Positions 29,057 to 40,925 of a stretch of DNA of 64,000 bases are shown in pieces; the stretch's first letter is position 1, and each line of letters begins with the position of its first letter. The position numbers were made by a program, and so were the translations under genes. The notes below the pieces were generated by a model, which saw only the letters and a program-made list of their open reading frames with translations, did not search any database and was not told where the DNA came from. Source of the stretch: an uncultured Lachnospiraceae bacterium (lineage in GTDB: Bacteria; Bacillota; Clostridia; Lachnospirales; Lachnospiraceae); the NCBI GenBank assembly GCA_934292725.1, contig CAKQXY010000001.1, positions 105,728 through 169,727 on the forward strand, written 5' to 3'.

Positions 29057-30238
29057 TTACTGGAGGCATTTTTTTAATTTTGCAATCATCTCATCAACAT
29101 GCTTTTTTTCAATAACAAGCGGCGGAACAAAACGAATTACGTTTCCTGATGCAGAAATAATAATTAATCCCTCTTTTTGAGCCTTTTTGATCACATCGCC
29201 CACAGGAATTGTAAGCTCAATTCCCTGCATAAGTCCAATACCGCGGTGATCCTTAATACAGTCAAATTCAGCAGTTAACTGCTCTAACTGCTCATACAAA
29301 TATGCACCCACTTCTTTTACATGCGCAGTCAGGTTCAATTTTTCAAACTGATCCATAACTGCATTAGCAGCTGCACACACAAGCGGATTTCCGCCATATG
29401 TAGAACCGTGATCGCCAGGTACAAGTGCTGCACATTCTTCACGGCATAAAAATGCACCGATTGGAAGACCATTTCCAAGAGCCTTTGCTACACAGACAAC
29501 ATCTGGCACGATATCATATCCCTGGTAGCAGAACATATTTCCGGTACGTCCCATTCCACACTGGATTTCGTCGCAGACAAGTAAAATATCATGCTCATCG
29601 CAGAGGGCACGAAGACCCTGCATAAATTCCTTTGATGCCGGATAAATTCCGCCTTCTCCCTGAAGTGCTTCTAAGATAATACCGCAGGTACGGTCTGTGA
29701 TAAGTGATTTTACACTTTCAAGGTTATTGTACTCAGCAAAACGAACACCACCAATAAGCGGCTTAAATGGTGCCTGATAAGCATCATTTCCTGTTACTGA
29801 AAGAGCTCCCATACTTCTTCCATGGAATGAATGCTTCATGGCAATAATTTCATGATCAGTGCGTCCATCTTTATTATAAGCATATTTACGAACAAGCTTG
29901 ATAGCTCCTTCAATTGCCTCAGTTCCACTATTGGTAAAGAATACACGATCCATTCCTGTCAGCTGTGTGATTTTTTTTGCTGCCTTGGCCGCTGGCTCAT
30001 TGTAAAACAGATTAGAGGTATGTACAAGCTTATCAACCTGCTCTTTAACTGCTGTTTTGTATGCCTCATTACTGTAGCCTAGTGCAAATACGGCAATTCC
30101 TGCTGCAAAATCAAGATATTTTTTCTGATCAGTATCATACAGATAAACATCCTCGCCATGATCAAGAACGATTGGAAAGCGATTGTAGGTATGAAGCAGA
30201 CTGCTTTCTGCTGTCTGAATAATTGTCTGTGTTTCCAT
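29057..30238 (-). CDS. argD: Acetylornithine aminotransferase (class III PLP aminotransferase)
   Basis: Class III aminotransferase motifs (DEIQCGMGRTG, with the PLP-lysine region); operon with argB and argJ. Confidence 0.85.
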   Translation of the reverse strand: METQTIIQTAESSLLHTYNRFPIVLDHGEDVYLYDTDQKKYLDFAAGIAVFALGYSNEAYKTAVKEQVDKLVHTSNLFYNEPAAKAAKKITQLTGMDRVFFTNSGTEAIEGAIKLVRKYAYNKDGRTDHEIIAMKHSFHGRSMGALSVTGNDAYQAPFKPLIGGVRFAEYNNLESVKSLITDRTCGIILEALQGEGGIYPASKEFMQGLRALCDEHDILLVCDEIQCGMGRTGNMFCYQGYDIVPDVVCVAKALGNGLPIGAFLCREECAALVPGDHGSTYGGNPLVCAAANAVMDQFEKLNLTAHVKEVGAYLYEQLEQLTAEFDCIKDHRGIGLMQGIELTIPVGDVIKKAQKEGLIIISASGNVIRFVPPLVIEKKHVDEMIAKLKKCLQ

Positions 30239-30265
30239 AATTAAAGTGCCTTTCTGTGAAATAAA

Positions 30266-31168
30266 TTACTTTTCGTCAGGTGTGTAAAAATGGTCATCGC
30301 CTGCCTTTAAAATAGCAGTACCAATGCCCTTATTTGTAAAGATCTCAAGAAGCAGGCAATGAGCAATTCTACCATCCATGATATGAACTCTTGATACACC
30401 ATTTAATACAGCATCAAGACAATTTTGAAGTTTTGGCAGCATACCGCCTCCAATATTGCCGCTGTTTAACAACTCTTCCATATGATCAGTTGTCAGCTCG
30501 GAGATTAATGTATCCTTATCCTTTGGATCTGCATAAACACCTTCAACATCTGTTAAAAATGCAAGCTTTTCAGCCTTAACAGCACGTGCAATTGCACAAG
30601 CTGCATCATCTGCATTGATGTTATAGCTTTGACAGTTATCATCAAATCCGATTGGGCAAATGATCGGCAGAAAGTCTTTTTCAAGAAGATCAAATAAAAT
30701 CTTTGGATTTACTTCTTTAATATCACCCACAAAACCGATATCCTGTCCATTAGACAGCTTCTTATCACAGCAAAGCAGCTGACCATCCTTGCCAGAAATG
30801 CCGACAGCCTTTACTCCAAGCTCATTTACCATGGAGACGAGACTTTTATTAACCTTATTCAATACCATCTCTGCAATTTCCATCGTATCAGCATCAGTTA
30901 CGCGAAGTCCATTTACAAAGCGCGGCTCCATGCCAACCTTAGATACCCAGCGGCTGATTTCCTTGCCTCCTCCATGTACAATGATCGGCTTAAAACCAAC
31001 CAGCTTTAACAAAACAACATCTTTAATGACGTTTCGCTTTAACTCCTCATCTGCCATTGCGCTTCCGCCATACTTTACTACAATAATCTTTCTGTTGAAT
31101 CTCTGTATATAAGGCAGTGCCTCAATCAAGGTAGCGGCCTTTTCCATAATTTTGCTGTCTAATTCCAT
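30266..31168 (-). CDS. argB: Acetylglutamate kinase
   Basis: [11 protein letters not shown] amino-acid-kinase N-terminal motif; 300 aa. Confidence 0.9.
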   Translation of the reverse strand: MELDSKIMEKAATLIEALPYIQRFNRKIIVVKYGGSAMADEELKRNVIKDVVLLKLVGFKPIIVHGGGKEISRWVSKVGMEPRFVNGLRVTDADTMEIAEMVLNKVNKSLVSMVNELGVKAVGISGKDGQLLCCDKKLSNGQDIGFVGDIKEVNPKILFDLLEKDFLPIICPIGFDDNCQSYNINADDAACAIARAVKAEKLAFLTDVEGVYADPKDKDTLISELTTDHMEELLNSGNIGGGMLPKLQNCLDAVLNGVSRVHIMDGRIAHCLLLEIFTNKGIGTAILKAGDDHFYTPDEK

Positions 31169-31216
31169 TTTGTATTCTCCTCTTTTTTATGGGTAGTCGT
31201 TGTTACAAGCTGTTTA

Positions 31217-32446
31217 TCAGCTGCGGTAATCACCGTTGATCTTTACATATTCATAAGTCAGATCACAGCCAAATGCTGTTGCTGTCTCATTTCCTTCTTT
31301 AATATCCATTTTTGCAATTACTTCTTCTTCGGAAAGAATCTTTGTTGCAGTTTCTTCACTGTAATCTGTTGCAATTCCGTTCTCTACGATCTTAATAGTA
31401 CCTGCCTTGCTCTCTAACCAGATATCAACCACTTCAGGATCAAACTGTGCACCTGAGTAGCCCATTGCGCAGAGGATACGTCCCCAGTTTGCATCATGAC
31501 CGAATACAGCTGCTTTTGTCAGACTAGAACATACAACAGACTTTGCGATTGTTCGTGCCTGATTTTTGTCCTTTGCGCCAATTACAGTTGCCTCAAACAG
31601 ACATGTACAGCCCTCTCCGTCTCCAGCAATTTTCTTTGACAGCTCAAGCATAATAAAATGAAGAGCCTCGCAGAAAGTTTTGTAGTCTTCACCTTCCTCT
31701 GTGATTGGTGTATTTTCTGCCTGTCCATTTGCCATCACAAGTACAGTATCATTTGTAGAAGTATCACCGTCAACAGAAATCATATTGAATGTATCAACTA
31801 CATCTTCACTTAATGCTTTTTGAAGCAGCTCATGGGAAATTGCCGCATCTGTTGTTACAAAGCAAAGCATAGTGCACATATTAGGATGAATCATTCCAGA
31901 ACCCTTGCACATACCGGCAACTGTAACCTGCTTGCCGCCTAATTCCAATGTGCATGCAACCTCTTTGCTCTTAGTGTCAGTTGTCATAATTGCCTCAGCT
32001 GCAAGCTTGGCGTCTTCTCTGCTGCTTCCAAGTACCTTAGAAAGAGCTGTTACACCAGACTTGATCTTATCAATAGGAAGCTGTTTGCCAATTACACCTG
32101 TTGATGCGACAAGAACTGCTGTCTTAGGAATATTTAAAGCTGCTGCTGCCTCTGCTGCTGTATCTGCACAATAGCCAAGTCCCTCTGCACCTGTACATGC
32201 ATTTGCAATACCACTGTTTACAACAACTGCCTGTACATAAGGAGATGTTGTTACAATTTCCTTATCCCACTTTACAGGTGCTGCCTTTACAAGATTTGTG
32301 GTAAATACACCAGCTGCTGCACATGGTGTGCTGCTGAAAACCATTGCCATATCTTTTTTGGTCTGATTCTTAATGCCGGCATTTAATCCGGATGCCAAAA
32401 AACCTTTTGGAGCTGTTACGCCTCCATTTATCTTTGTAATTGCCAT
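31217..32446 (-). CDS. argJ: Bifunctional ornithine acetyltransferase / N-acetylglutamate synthase ArgJ. The start is assigned to MAITKINGG
   Basis: Autoproteolytic ATML site (CTMLCFVTTDA); ~410 aa. Confidence 0.9.
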   Translation of the reverse strand: MAITKINGGVTAPKGFLASGLNAGIKNQTKKDMAMVFSSTPCAAAGVFTTNLVKAAPVKWDKEIVTTSPYVQAVVVNSGIANACTGAEGLGYCADTAAEAAAALNIPKTAVLVASTGVIGKQLPIDKIKSGVTALSKVLGSSREDAKLAAEAIMTTDTKSKEVACTLELGGKQVTVAGMCKGSGMIHPNMCTMLCFVTTDAAISHELLQKALSEDVVDTFNMISVDGDTSTNDTVLVMANGQAENTPITEEGEDYKTFCEALHFIMLELSKKIAGDGEGCTCLFEATVIGAKDKNQARTIAKSVVCSSLTKAAVFGHDANWGRILCAMGYSGAQFDPEVVDIWLESKAGTIKIVENGIATDYSEETATKILSEEEVIAKMDIKEGNETATAFGCDLTYEYVKINGDYRS

Positions 32447-32577
32447 TTTTTGTATCCTTTCTTTGGTTTTGTAATTTCTATGCCAAGTATAACACACTTT
32501 GAGGTCAAATCAAGTATAATCCACTATTTTACTTTACTATGGTAAAATAGTCATGTATTATGTTTTTATACACAGCA

Positions 32578-32645
32578 TTTGAATATATACACTGTGTTAT
32601 CGGCTAATATTCAGTATTATACGCATATATTTGCATTTATGCAAG
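32578..32645. promoter_or_regulatory. Candidate ArgR/AhrC ARG boxes in the argJ / argG divergent promoter region (tttgaatatatacact; aatattcagtattat; tttgcatttatgcaag)
   Basis: TGAAT/ATTCA-type half-sites and a TGCAT-N4-TGCAA motif that resemble B. subtilis AhrC operators; assigned by eye only. Confidence 0.35.
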
Positions 32646-32783
32646 AGCTTTTTTGATTTTTTTTGTTTTTCCTATTGCATTTCAAAAAGTAATGTTGTAT
32701 AGTGGTGTACAGAAAACAAACAACGCATATCGTTTTGATATGGTTTTCAACAAAAAAGTGAAGAAAACAGAGGAGATACTATT

Positions 32784-34010
32784 ATGAAAGAAAAAGTTGT
32801 TTTAGCATATTCTGGTGGTCTTGATACTACTGCTGTTATTCCGTGGCTGAAGGAAAATTATGATTATGATGTTGTATGCTGCTGTGTCAATGTAGGACAG
32901 GGCAACGAGATTGATGGTCTTCAGGAGCGTGCAAAGCTCTCTGGTGCTGAGAAGCTTTACATTTTAGATGTAGTAGATGAGTTTTGCGATGAGTATGTTG
33001 CTCCATGTGTTCAGGCAAATGCTACATATGAGAATGAATATCTGTTAGGTACTTCTATGGCACGTCCGCTGATTGCAAAGAAGCTTGTTGAGATTGCAAG
33101 AAAAGAGGGAGCTGTTGCTGTATGTCATGGTGCTACAGGAAAGGGAAATGATCAGGTTCGTTTTGAGCTGGCATTTAAGGCACTTGCTCCTGATTTAAAG
33201 ATCATCGCTCCTTGGAGATGCAATGAAACCTGGAATATGAAATCACGTGAAGATGAGATCGAATATTGCAAGAAGCATGGCATTAATCTCCCATTCTCCT
33301 CTGTTGATAACAGCTATAGCCGTGACCGCAATCTGTGGCACATCAGCCATGAAGGTCTGGAGTTAGAGGATCCGTCTCAGGCACCAAATTATGATCATCT
33401 GCTTGTTCTTGGAGTATCTCCTGAGAAGGCACCAGATGTTGCTACTGAAATTTCTATTTCTTTTGAAAAGGGTATTCCGGTTGCATTAAATGGAAAAGAA
33501 ATGAAGTATTCTGAGATCGTTACTGAATTAAATAAGATTGGCGGTGCAAACGGAATCGGAATCGTTGATATTGTCGAAAACCGTGTTGTTGGTATGAAGT
33601 CTCGTGGTGTTTATGAAACACCTGGCGGAACTATCCTTATGGCAGCTCATAAGCAGCTTGAGGAACTGATTCTTGACCGTGATTCCATGGCATTCAAGAA
33701 GACTGTTGACAACCGTTTTGCAGATATTGTTTACGAGGGCAAGTGGTTTACACCTTTATGTGATTCTCTTCGCGCTTACATCAAGGCTAGCCAGGAATAT
33801 GTAACTGGTACTACTAATCTTAAGCTGTATAAGGGCAATATCATCAAGCAGGGAACTACTTCTCCATACAGCCTGTACAATGAAAGCATTGCTTCCTTTG
33901 CTACAGGAGATATGTATGATCATCATGACGCAGAGGGCTTCATTAACCTGTTCGGTCTTTCCTTAAAGGTTCGTGCAATGAAGCTGGCAGAGGCTGAGAA
34001 GAAGAAATAA
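32784..34010 (+). CDS. argG: Argininosuccinate synthase
   Basis: N-terminal PP-loop AYSGGLDTT; 408 aa. Confidence 0.95.
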   Translation: MKEKVVLAYSGGLDTTAVIPWLKENYDYDVVCCCVNVGQGNEIDGLQERAKLSGAEKLYILDVVDEFCDEYVAPCVQANATYENEYLLGTSMARPLIAKKLVEIARKEGAVAVCHGATGKGNDQVRFELAFKALAPDLKIIAPWRCNETWNMKSREDEIEYCKKHGINLPFSSVDNSYSRDRNLWHISHEGLELEDPSQAPNYDHLLVLGVSPEKAPDVATEISISFEKGIPVALNGKEMKYSEIVTELNKIGGANGIGIVDIVENRVVGMKSRGVYETPGGTILMAAHKQLEELILDRDSMAFKKTVDNRFADIVYEGKWFTPLCDSLRAYIKASQEYVTGTTNLKLYKGNIIKQGTTSPYSLYNESIASFATGDMYDHHDAEGFINLFGLSLKVRAMKLAEAEKKK

Positions 34011-34015
34011 TTATT

Positions 34016-35083
34016 ATGTCATTGCTTCAATATGTAAAAGACATTATTTATAAAGCAAAGGGCTTTGATAAAGTAAGGATTCCACAGGCATATGACAGCT
34101 TTGGAATCCTTATGCCGGAAGCTTCATCAAGTGCACAGGGTATTCGCCCATTTCCACTTCCAGAGGATGAGCATTTATTTGCTCTCCTCTGGAATATTCA
34201 TGATGGCCATTTATTGTCGGCTACATTTCTTCCGACGCCTTACCCATTTTGTTATGAAAGAAGTTTCCTGTCTGGAACACGCACACAGCTGCACTCTCAC
34301 GAATATCTTGAATTTTTCTATGTTTTGGAAGGCGAATATCACCAGAAAATTCTGGAAACAGAATATATTTTTCATCCTGGTGAATTTTGTCTGATTGATA
34401 AAAATTGTCTGCATCAGGAAATTTTAGATGAAAATGAGTGCACGATTGTATTCTTTGGTATTACAAATGCAATGTTTACAAGCATCAGTGGTTATCATAC
34501 CGCGCCAGAAGATATTGCATCTTTTCTTCATATGGCACTATTGGAGCAAAAAGCATTACAGCAATTTTTAACCTTCCGGCCGCGTGAAACACATGTAATT
34601 CAAGATATGGAAGATACGCTGCGTTCTGTATTATACGAGCTTTCACGTCATGACATTGCAACACCGATCATTTGCAGTGGACTTATGACACGCGTTTTTC
34701 AGATGTTAGGTTCCCAATATGAATTTTCACTTTCTAAAAAGCAGCGTCAACGTATGAATGTTATTCTTTTTAATCAGCTTACTGATTTTATGAAGCTTCA
34801 CTTAAATCATATCTCAATTCAGATGCTGACACAGGAATTTCATTTTTATGAAGATTATTTTAATCGTCTTCTAAAGACTCAAACAGGAATGACATATATA
34901 GAATATTTGCAGATGCTTCGTTTAGAACGTGCAGAGCTGCTGCTTACCGAGACAAATAATACTATTGAACAGATTGCTGAAGAGGTCGGATACCATAACA
35001 AGGGATATTTTTACCGTATATTCATAGAGCGAAACAATTGTACGCCAGCTCAGTACAGAAAAAAAAGACAGGAAAGACTATAA
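34016..35083 (+). CDS. AraC/XylS-family transcriptional regulator (N-terminal cupin sensor, C-terminal HTH)
   Basis: C-terminal AraC HTH signature (IEQIAEEVGYHNKGYFYRIF); starts 5 nt after the argG stop. Confidence 0.8.
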   Translation: MSLLQYVKDIIYKAKGFDKVRIPQAYDSFGILMPEASSSAQGIRPFPLPEDEHLFALLWNIHDGHLLSATFLPTPYPFCYERSFLSGTRTQLHSHEYLEFFYVLEGEYHQKILETEYIFHPGEFCLIDKNCLHQEILDENECTIVFFGITNAMFTSISGYHTAPEDIASFLHMALLEQKALQQFLTFRPRETHVIQDMEDTLRSVLYELSRHDIATPIICSGLMTRVFQMLGSQYEFSLSKKQRQRMNVILFNQLTDFMKLHLNHISIQMLTQEFHFYEDYFNRLLKTQTGMTYIEYLQMLRLERAELLLTETNNTIEQIAEEVGYHNKGYFYRIFIERNNCTPAQYRKKRQERL

Positions 35084-35168
35084 TACTTCCCTGTCTCTTT
35101 TTATTTGATTTATAATCGCAGTCGTAATTATTCAGAGCCGCACCTCGATTCCACTACGCTCTGAATAA

Positions 35169-37544
35169 TTACAAATTCCACTTCCAGTCGCGAATCTCTG
35201 GCATATCAATACCATACTCATGGATATACTGCTTATGCTCTACTAACTTATCATTCATCTTCTGAATCAGATAAGCCCCACGATTTCCTAACTGCGGCAG
35301 ATTCTGGATTGCATTCTTTACCAGATGGAAACGGTCGATCTCATTCTGAACACGCATATCAAATGGTGTTGTGATGGTACCCTCTTCTTTGTAGCCGTAA
35401 ACATGGATGTTGCGGTTTGTTCTGGTATAGGTTAACTCATGAATCAGTGTATGATAACCATGGAATGCGAAGATAATCGGCTTGTCCTTTGTGAACAAAG
35501 CATCATAATCAGCGTCGCTCAAGCCGTGTGGATGCTCAGTTGCCGGCTCTAACTTCATAAGATCGACAACATTGATAACACGAATCTTGATTTCCGGAAT
35601 TGCCTCTCTTAAGATCGTAACAGCTGCTAATGTCTCAAGTGTTGGTGTATCACCGCAGCAAGCCATAACGATATCCGGCTCAGAGCCCTGATCATTGCTT
35701 GCCCACTCCCAGATACCTATACCCTGTGTGCAGTGCTTTACAGCCTGCTCCATGGTCAGCCACTGCTGTCTTGGATGCTTGGATGTTACAAGTACGTTTA
35801 CGTAATCACGGCTTCTGATGCAGTGATCGAAGCAGGATAACAGACAGTTTGTATCCGGCGGCAGATAAAGACGAACAACATCTGCTTTCTTATTTGCGAT
35901 ATGATCTAAGAAGCCTGGATCCTGATGAGTAAATCCATTGTGATCCTGCTGCCATACATTAGAGGAAAGGATCAGATTCAAAGATGCAATAGACTGTCTC
36001 CATGGCAGCTGATTGCAAACCTTTAACCACTTTGCATGCTGAGCACACATGGAATCTACAACACGAATAAATGCCTCATAGCTTGCAAAGAAACCATGAC
36101 GTCCTGTTAACAGATAACCCTCAAGCCATCCCTCACACATATGCTCACTTAACATAGAGTCCATAACACGGCCGTCTGCTGCCAAGAATTCATCGGAATC
36201 ATACTTCTCATCATTCCAGTCACGGTTGGTTACTTCAAATACCTTGCCGAGACGGTTAGACATTGTCTCATCTGGTCCAAAGATACGGAAGTTCTTGGAA
36301 TCCTCGTTTAACTTAAAGATATCTCTTACAAATCCTCCAAGCTCGATCATATCCTGTGCCTCAACAGCACCTGGCTTTGGCACATCAATACCATACTTAC
36401 GGAAATCTGGAAGACGAAGATCTCTAAGAAGCTTTCCACCATTTGCATGTGGGTTAGAACCGATTCTTCTGTCACCCTTTGGTGCCAATTCTCTTAATTC
36501 CGGAATCAGTCTGCCATTTTCATCAAACAGTTCTTCTGGATGATAGCTCTTTAACCAGTCATTTAACATCTGGAGATGCTCTGGCTGATCCATCATGATC
36601 GGAACCTGATGAGCACGGAAGGAACCTTCGATCTGCTTTCCGTCTACTACCTTCGGTCCAGTCCATCCCTTTGGTGTACGAAGAACGATCATTGGCCACT
36701 TATGTCTGGTAGTATCATTGTTCTCACGGGCATTCTTCTGAATAGCCTTGATCTCATCCATCGCCTGATCCAGTGCATCTGCCATCTTTCTGTGCATTTC
36801 CATAGGATCACTGCCTTCTACGAAGTATGGCTTCCAGCCACATCCGTCGAAGAAGTGCTCTACTTCCTCATGGGTGTTACGGGCGAAGATAGTAGGATTG
36901 CTGATCTTATATCCATTCAGATGAAGGATCGGAAGAACGGCACCATCATTGATTGGGTTTAAGAATTTGTTGCACTGCCATGATGTTGCAAGAGGACCTG
37001 TCTCAGCCTCTCCATCACCAACGATACATGCAGCAATAAGATCTGGGTTATCAAATACAGCACCAAATGCATGTGCCATGGAATAACCAAGCTCACCACC
37101 CTCGTTGATGGAACCTGGTGTTTCAGGAGCGACATGACTGGAGATACCACCTGGGAATGAGAACTGCTTGCACAGCTTCTTTAATCCGTCCATATCCTCA
37201 CCGATATTTGGATAAACTTCGCTGTAAGTACCCTCCAGATATGTATTTGCTACAAAGAAATTTCCACCATGTCCAGGACCAGAAATCAAAATCATATCCT
37301 GATCATACTTCTTAATGACACGATTTAAATGAACATAAACAAAGTTCTGTCCAGGAACAGTTCCCCAGTGTCCTACGATCTTTTTCTTTACATGCTCCAT
37401 TGTCAGCGGCTCACGTAACAGTGGGTTATCAAGCAGATACAGCTGAGCAGCACCCAGATAGTTGGCAGCACGCCAATATGCATTCATTTTTTCCAGGTAC
37501 TCATCGCTTACTGGCTGACTATTTGCAATATTTGTCTCTACCAT
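35169..37544 (-). CDS. xfp: Xylulose-5-phosphate / fructose-6-phosphate phosphoketolase. The start is assigned to MVETNIA, after an AGGAGGA RBS
   Basis: About 790 aa; N-terminal YWRAANYL...[10 protein letters not shown] and thiamine-PP motifs characteristic of XFP. Confidence 0.9.
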   Translation of the reverse strand: MVETNIANSQPVSDEYLEKMNAYWRAANYLGAAQLYLLDNPLLREPLTMEHVKKKIVGHWGTVPGQNFVYVHLNRVIKKYDQDMILISGPGHGGNFFVANTYLEGTYSEVYPNIGEDMDGLKKLCKQFSFPGGISSHVAPETPGSINEGGELGYSMAHAFGAVFDNPDLIAACIVGDGEAETGPLATSWQCNKFLNPINDGAVLPILHLNGYKISNPTIFARNTHEEVEHFFDGCGWKPYFVEGSDPMEMHRKMADALDQAMDEIKAIQKNARENNDTTRHKWPMIVLRTPKGWTGPKVVDGKQIEGSFRAHQVPIMMDQPEHLQMLNDWLKSYHPEELFDENGRLIPELRELAPKGDRRIGSNPHANGGKLLRDLRLPDFRKYGIDVPKPGAVEAQDMIELGGFVRDIFKLNEDSKNFRIFGPDETMSNRLGKVFEVTNRDWNDEKYDSDEFLAADGRVMDSMLSEHMCEGWLEGYLLTGRHGFFASYEAFIRVVDSMCAQHAKWLKVCNQLPWRQSIASLNLILSSNVWQQDHNGFTHQDPGFLDHIANKKADVVRLYLPPDTNCLLSCFDHCIRSRDYVNVLVTSKHPRQQWLTMEQAVKHCTQGIGIWEWASNDQGSEPDIVMACCGDTPTLETLAAVTILREAIPEIKIRVINVVDLMKLEPATEHPHGLSDADYDALFTKDKPIIFAFHGYHTLIHELTYTRTNRNIHVYGYKEEGTITTPFDMRVQNEIDRFHLVKNAIQNLPQLGNRGAYLIQKMNDKLVEHKQYIHEYGIDMPEIRDWKWNL

Positions 37545-37687
37545 GTGGTATATCCTCCTATTATAAAATTTCAAAGTCTTTAGTTGTTTGACACACTAAG
37601 CTTATCAGTCAGTATATTACACAACAAAACAAATCAAAACAAGTTCCAATTCCTGCTAATTTCACATAAAGTTACCTATTCCGACAA

Positions 37688-38551
37688 TTATTTATATTCT
37701 TTTTCCTGAGTGAACCCGCGGCCGCGCACTTCTGTTACACGGCTGATGATTAAAAATGCACTGCTGTCAATGCTGTGGACAAGTTTTCTGACACGTCCCA
37801 CCTCACGGCTGGACACTACACTTAAGACAAGCTCTGTGTCTTCTCTCATATAGCCAGTTTGTCCATTTAAAATGGTGACGCCTCTGTCGATTTCCTGTAA
37901 AATTTCCTGACGGATCCTCTCATGCTCATGACTGATTACCTTAATCTCAACCTTTTCTGTTCCTATCATAAGACATTTATCCAGAACAATCGTATAAATC
38001 AAAATTAGTAAAATTCCGTATAATACCTCTTCTCCTGTACATGAAAATGCCTGTAAAATTAAAATCATAAAATCAAACATGTACATTGTTACAGATACTG
38101 GCAGACGAAACAGCTTGTTCAATACAAGAGGAGGAATGTCCATGCCACCTGTTGAAGCGCCTGTACGAATAACAATTCCAATTGCAGCTCCGATACATAA
38201 TCCGCCAAATACTGTACAAAGAACGGGATCAGTTGTTATGACAAAGCCGTTTGACAAGCGCTGTATCATCTCAAGCGCAATCGGATATACAAAGGTAGAC
38301 AAAATGGTTGTCGCGGCAAATTTTCGGCCAAGTACGAAGAGGCCAAGAAAGAACATCACTGCATTAAAGCAGAGGACGAAGGTAGAAATGGGAACACCAA
38401 ACAAATGCTGAATAAAAAGTGCTATTCCTGTTGTTCCTCCTGTGATTAGTCCGCCTGGAAGAATAAAAAAGGCGACACCGCAGGCATAAATGATGTTTCC
38501 GCCAATCACGATCACAATATCGCGAAGCAGAGGAAAGATTTTTTTGAACAT
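37688..38551 (-). CDS. YitT-family membrane protein (DUF161/DUF2179)
   Basis: N-terminal pattern IVIGGNIIYACGVAFFILPGGLITGGTTGIAL typical of YitT. Confidence 0.75.
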   Translation of the reverse strand: MFKKIFPLLRDIVIVIGGNIIYACGVAFFILPGGLITGGTTGIALFIQHLFGVPISTFVLCFNAVMFFLGLFVLGRKFAATTILSTFVYPIALEMIQRLSNGFVITTDPVLCTVFGGLCIGAAIGIVIRTGASTGGMDIPPLVLNKLFRLPVSVTMYMFDFMILILQAFSCTGEEVLYGILLILIYTIVLDKCLMIGTEKVEIKVISHEHERIRQEILQEIDRGVTILNGQTGYMREDTELVLSVVSSREVGRVRKLVHSIDSSAFLIISRVTEVRGRGFTQEKEYK

Positions 38552-38683
38552 ATGCTGCTCCTTTCTGAATTTTGATCAAAAAAAATGGCTGCCAGAGAAA
38601 TTTTCCCTGACAGCCGTGGATCGAGGCTACTCGCCTAATACTTAAAAAGTATAACAAAAACCGCATTAAATATCAAGCTCTTT

Positions 38684-39472
38684 CTAAAATTCTTCAAGTG
38701 TTTTAAATGAATATCCCATCTCTTCCCATTTTGTCAAAAGCTCATCAAGAATTTCACCATTTGTCTTTGAGGTATTATGCAGCAGCACAATTGCACCAGG
38801 ATGGATTCTTGGAATTAGTTTGGAGAATGCTTCATCATGTGTTGGCTGATTGTCAGCATTCCAGTCCACATAGGCAAGACTCCAGAAAAATGTTTTATAA
38901 CCTAATTCTTGTGCCATTTTTAAATTTTGTGTACTGTATTTTCCCTGTGGTGGACGATAATACCATGCCATTTCCTGCCCTGTTATCTTTTTATACAGAC
39001 TGCGTACATCATCAAGTTCTTTTTTAAAGCTTTCCATGGTTGATATAGAGGACATATCAGGATGGTGATATGTATGATTTCCTACTGTATGGCCTTCTTG
39101 CACCATACGATTCACCAGATCAGGTGCAGACTCCAAAAAATGACCTACTACAAAAAAAGTTGCCTTTGCATTATGTTTTTTTAACGCGTCCAGTATGGCA
39201 CCAGTGTTTCCATTTTCATAACCACAGTCAAATGTTAAATAAATTGTTTTTTCATCTGCATTTCCAATATAAAAAGCATTGTATTCTGCAAGCTCCTTAG
39301 CAGAGGCATTTCCTGTTGGCTGCGCACCTGATTCACCAAAGCCAAGTCCCCAGTTTTCTGAATATGACACGGCAGCAGCCGTTTCCTGTAAATATCCTGC
39401 CCCACGACCCATTAAAAAAACAGTACAAAAAAGGGCAATGATTGTAAGTCCATGTTTGATTTTTTTGTTCAA
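38684..39472 (-). CDS. Polysaccharide deacetylase family protein (NodB homology domain), secreted
   Basis: Signal peptide; NodB motifs TFDCGY(DD-like), H..H, and the RPP-type motif. Confidence 0.75.
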   Translation of the reverse strand: MNKKIKHGLTIIALFCTVFLMGRGAGYLQETAAAVSYSENWGLGFGESGAQPTGNASAKELAEYNAFYIGNADEKTIYLTFDCGYENGNTGAILDALKKHNAKATFFVVGHFLESAPDLVNRMVQEGHTVGNHTYHHPDMSSISTMESFKKELDDVRSLYKKITGQEMAWYYRPPQGKYSTQNLKMAQELGYKTFFWSLAYVDWNADNQPTHDEAFSKLIPRIHPGAIVLLHNTSKTNGEILDELLTKWEEMGYSFKTLEEF

Positions 39473-39665
39473 GCCTTACTTCCTTATTATATGAATCTGA
39501 TTGCTAACACTCTATTCTGTAGGATTACTTTTTATGTGCAGCACTTTTTGTCAATGCTTGACTTTATATTTTTCTGCTCTTATAATGGAGTTTGTGGCAA
39601 TACAAAAACAAGCATACGCGGGAATTATTGAAAAAAAAGAAGGCGTTGCGGAAAAGAGGGAAAAA

Positions 39666-40925
39666 ATGGCCTTGTTTACAGAAAATTATCAGGAAGAAAT
39701 GATGCAGATCCTTAAGGATATGGCTCATGTACGTATCAGTGGCACAAAAGAGGAAGCAGATTGTGCAGTTTATCTGCAGGAATGCTGCAAAAAAATGGGA
39801 TTTGAAGCTCGTCTGGAGGCATTTCAGGTTGAAATGTGTGATATCCATGAAGCAGTACTGACTGTTGATGGCAAAGAGATTCCTTGCAAGGGATATCGCT
39901 GTGCTGGAAGCGGTACTGTTGAAGCGCCATTTTATTATATGCCAAATACTGATGCCTGCTCACTTGCTCAGTGTAAAGGAAAGATTGTTATGCTCGATGG
40001 CGGCGTTGGCTACTGGGGCTATCGCGATTTAATTGAAAATGGCGCTGTTGGCATTATTACATATGATGGAAATGCAAACTATGCAGATGAAGATATTGAT
40101 CTTCGTGAGCTCAGAAGCTTTGTACGTGAAGGAAGTGACAACAAAAAAATTCCTTGTGTCAATATCAATGCAAAGTCTGCAATCAAGCTTGTAAATCAGA
40201 ATGCAGCTAATGCAAAGATTGTTTTAAATCAGGATGAGTGGATGGGTGATTCTCATAATGTAATTTTAGATCTTCCTGGTGAAACAGATGAGATGATCGT
40301 TTTGAGTGCACATTATGACTCTACCCCACTGTCACAGGGTGTATACGACAATATGTCTGGAAGTGTTGGCCTTCTTGGTATTGCGGACTATTTCAGACAG
40401 CATCCACATCGCTATAGCCTTCGCTTCGTATGGTGCGGCAGTGAGGAAAGAGGTCTTCTTGGTTCTAAGGCATATGTTGCAGCTCATGAGGAAGACTTAA
40501 AGAAGACTGTTTTAAATATCAATCTTGATATGATCGGCTGTATCATGGGTAAGTTTATTGCCTGCTGTACTTCCGAAGAAAAGCTTGTTCACTATATTGA
40601 ATACCTTGCTTCTGAGACAGGTTTTGGAATGGCTGCAAGACAGGGCGTTTACTCTAGTGACTCTACTCCATTCGCTGATAAGGGTATTCCTGCTGTTTCT
40701 TTTGCACGTATTGCGTCTGGAAATACAGCTACCATCCACAATCGCTATGACACAATGGATGTCATGAAGGCAGAGCATATGGCAAAGGATGTTGCTTTTA
40801 TCACAGCATTTACTGAGCATATGGCATGTGCAAAGCATTGTCCTGTTTCAAAGGAAATTCCAGAAAATATGAAAGAAAAGCTGGATATTTATCTGAACAG
40901 AAAGCGCGATAATACAGCTCACTAA
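39666..40925 (+). CDS. M28-family peptidase with a PA domain. The start is assigned to MALFTENYQ, after an AAAGAGGGA RBS; the ORF-track start at 39501 is probably too long
   Basis: M28 zinc-ligand motifs (HYDSTP, D..SG, EE, H). Confidence 0.7.
   Translation: MALFTENYQEEMMQILKDMAHVRISGTKEEADCAVYLQECCKKMGFEARLEAFQVEMCDIHEAVLTVDGKEIPCKGYRCAGSGTVEAPFYYMPNTDACSLAQCKGKIVMLDGGVGYWGYRDLIENGAVGIITYDGNANYADEDIDLRELRSFVREGSDNKKIPCVNINAKSAIKLVNQNAANAKIVLNQDEWMGDSHNVILDLPGETDEMIVLSAHYDSTPLSQGVYDNMSGSVGLLGIADYFRQHPHRYSLRFVWCGSEERGLLGSKAYVAAHEEDLKKTVLNINLDMIGCIMGKFIACCTSEEKLVHYIEYLASETGFGMAARQGVYSSDSTPFADKGIPAVSFARIASGNTATIHNRYDTMDVMKAEHMAKDVAFITAFTEHMACAKHCPVSKEIPENMKEKLDIYLNRKRDNTAH

Noticed and set aside
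39501-39665. Long N-terminal extension of the M28 peptidase starting at 39501
   Set aside because: It has no RBS and begins inside a promoter-like AT-rich region. The ATG at 39666 has a good RBS, although the longer form cannot be fully excluded.
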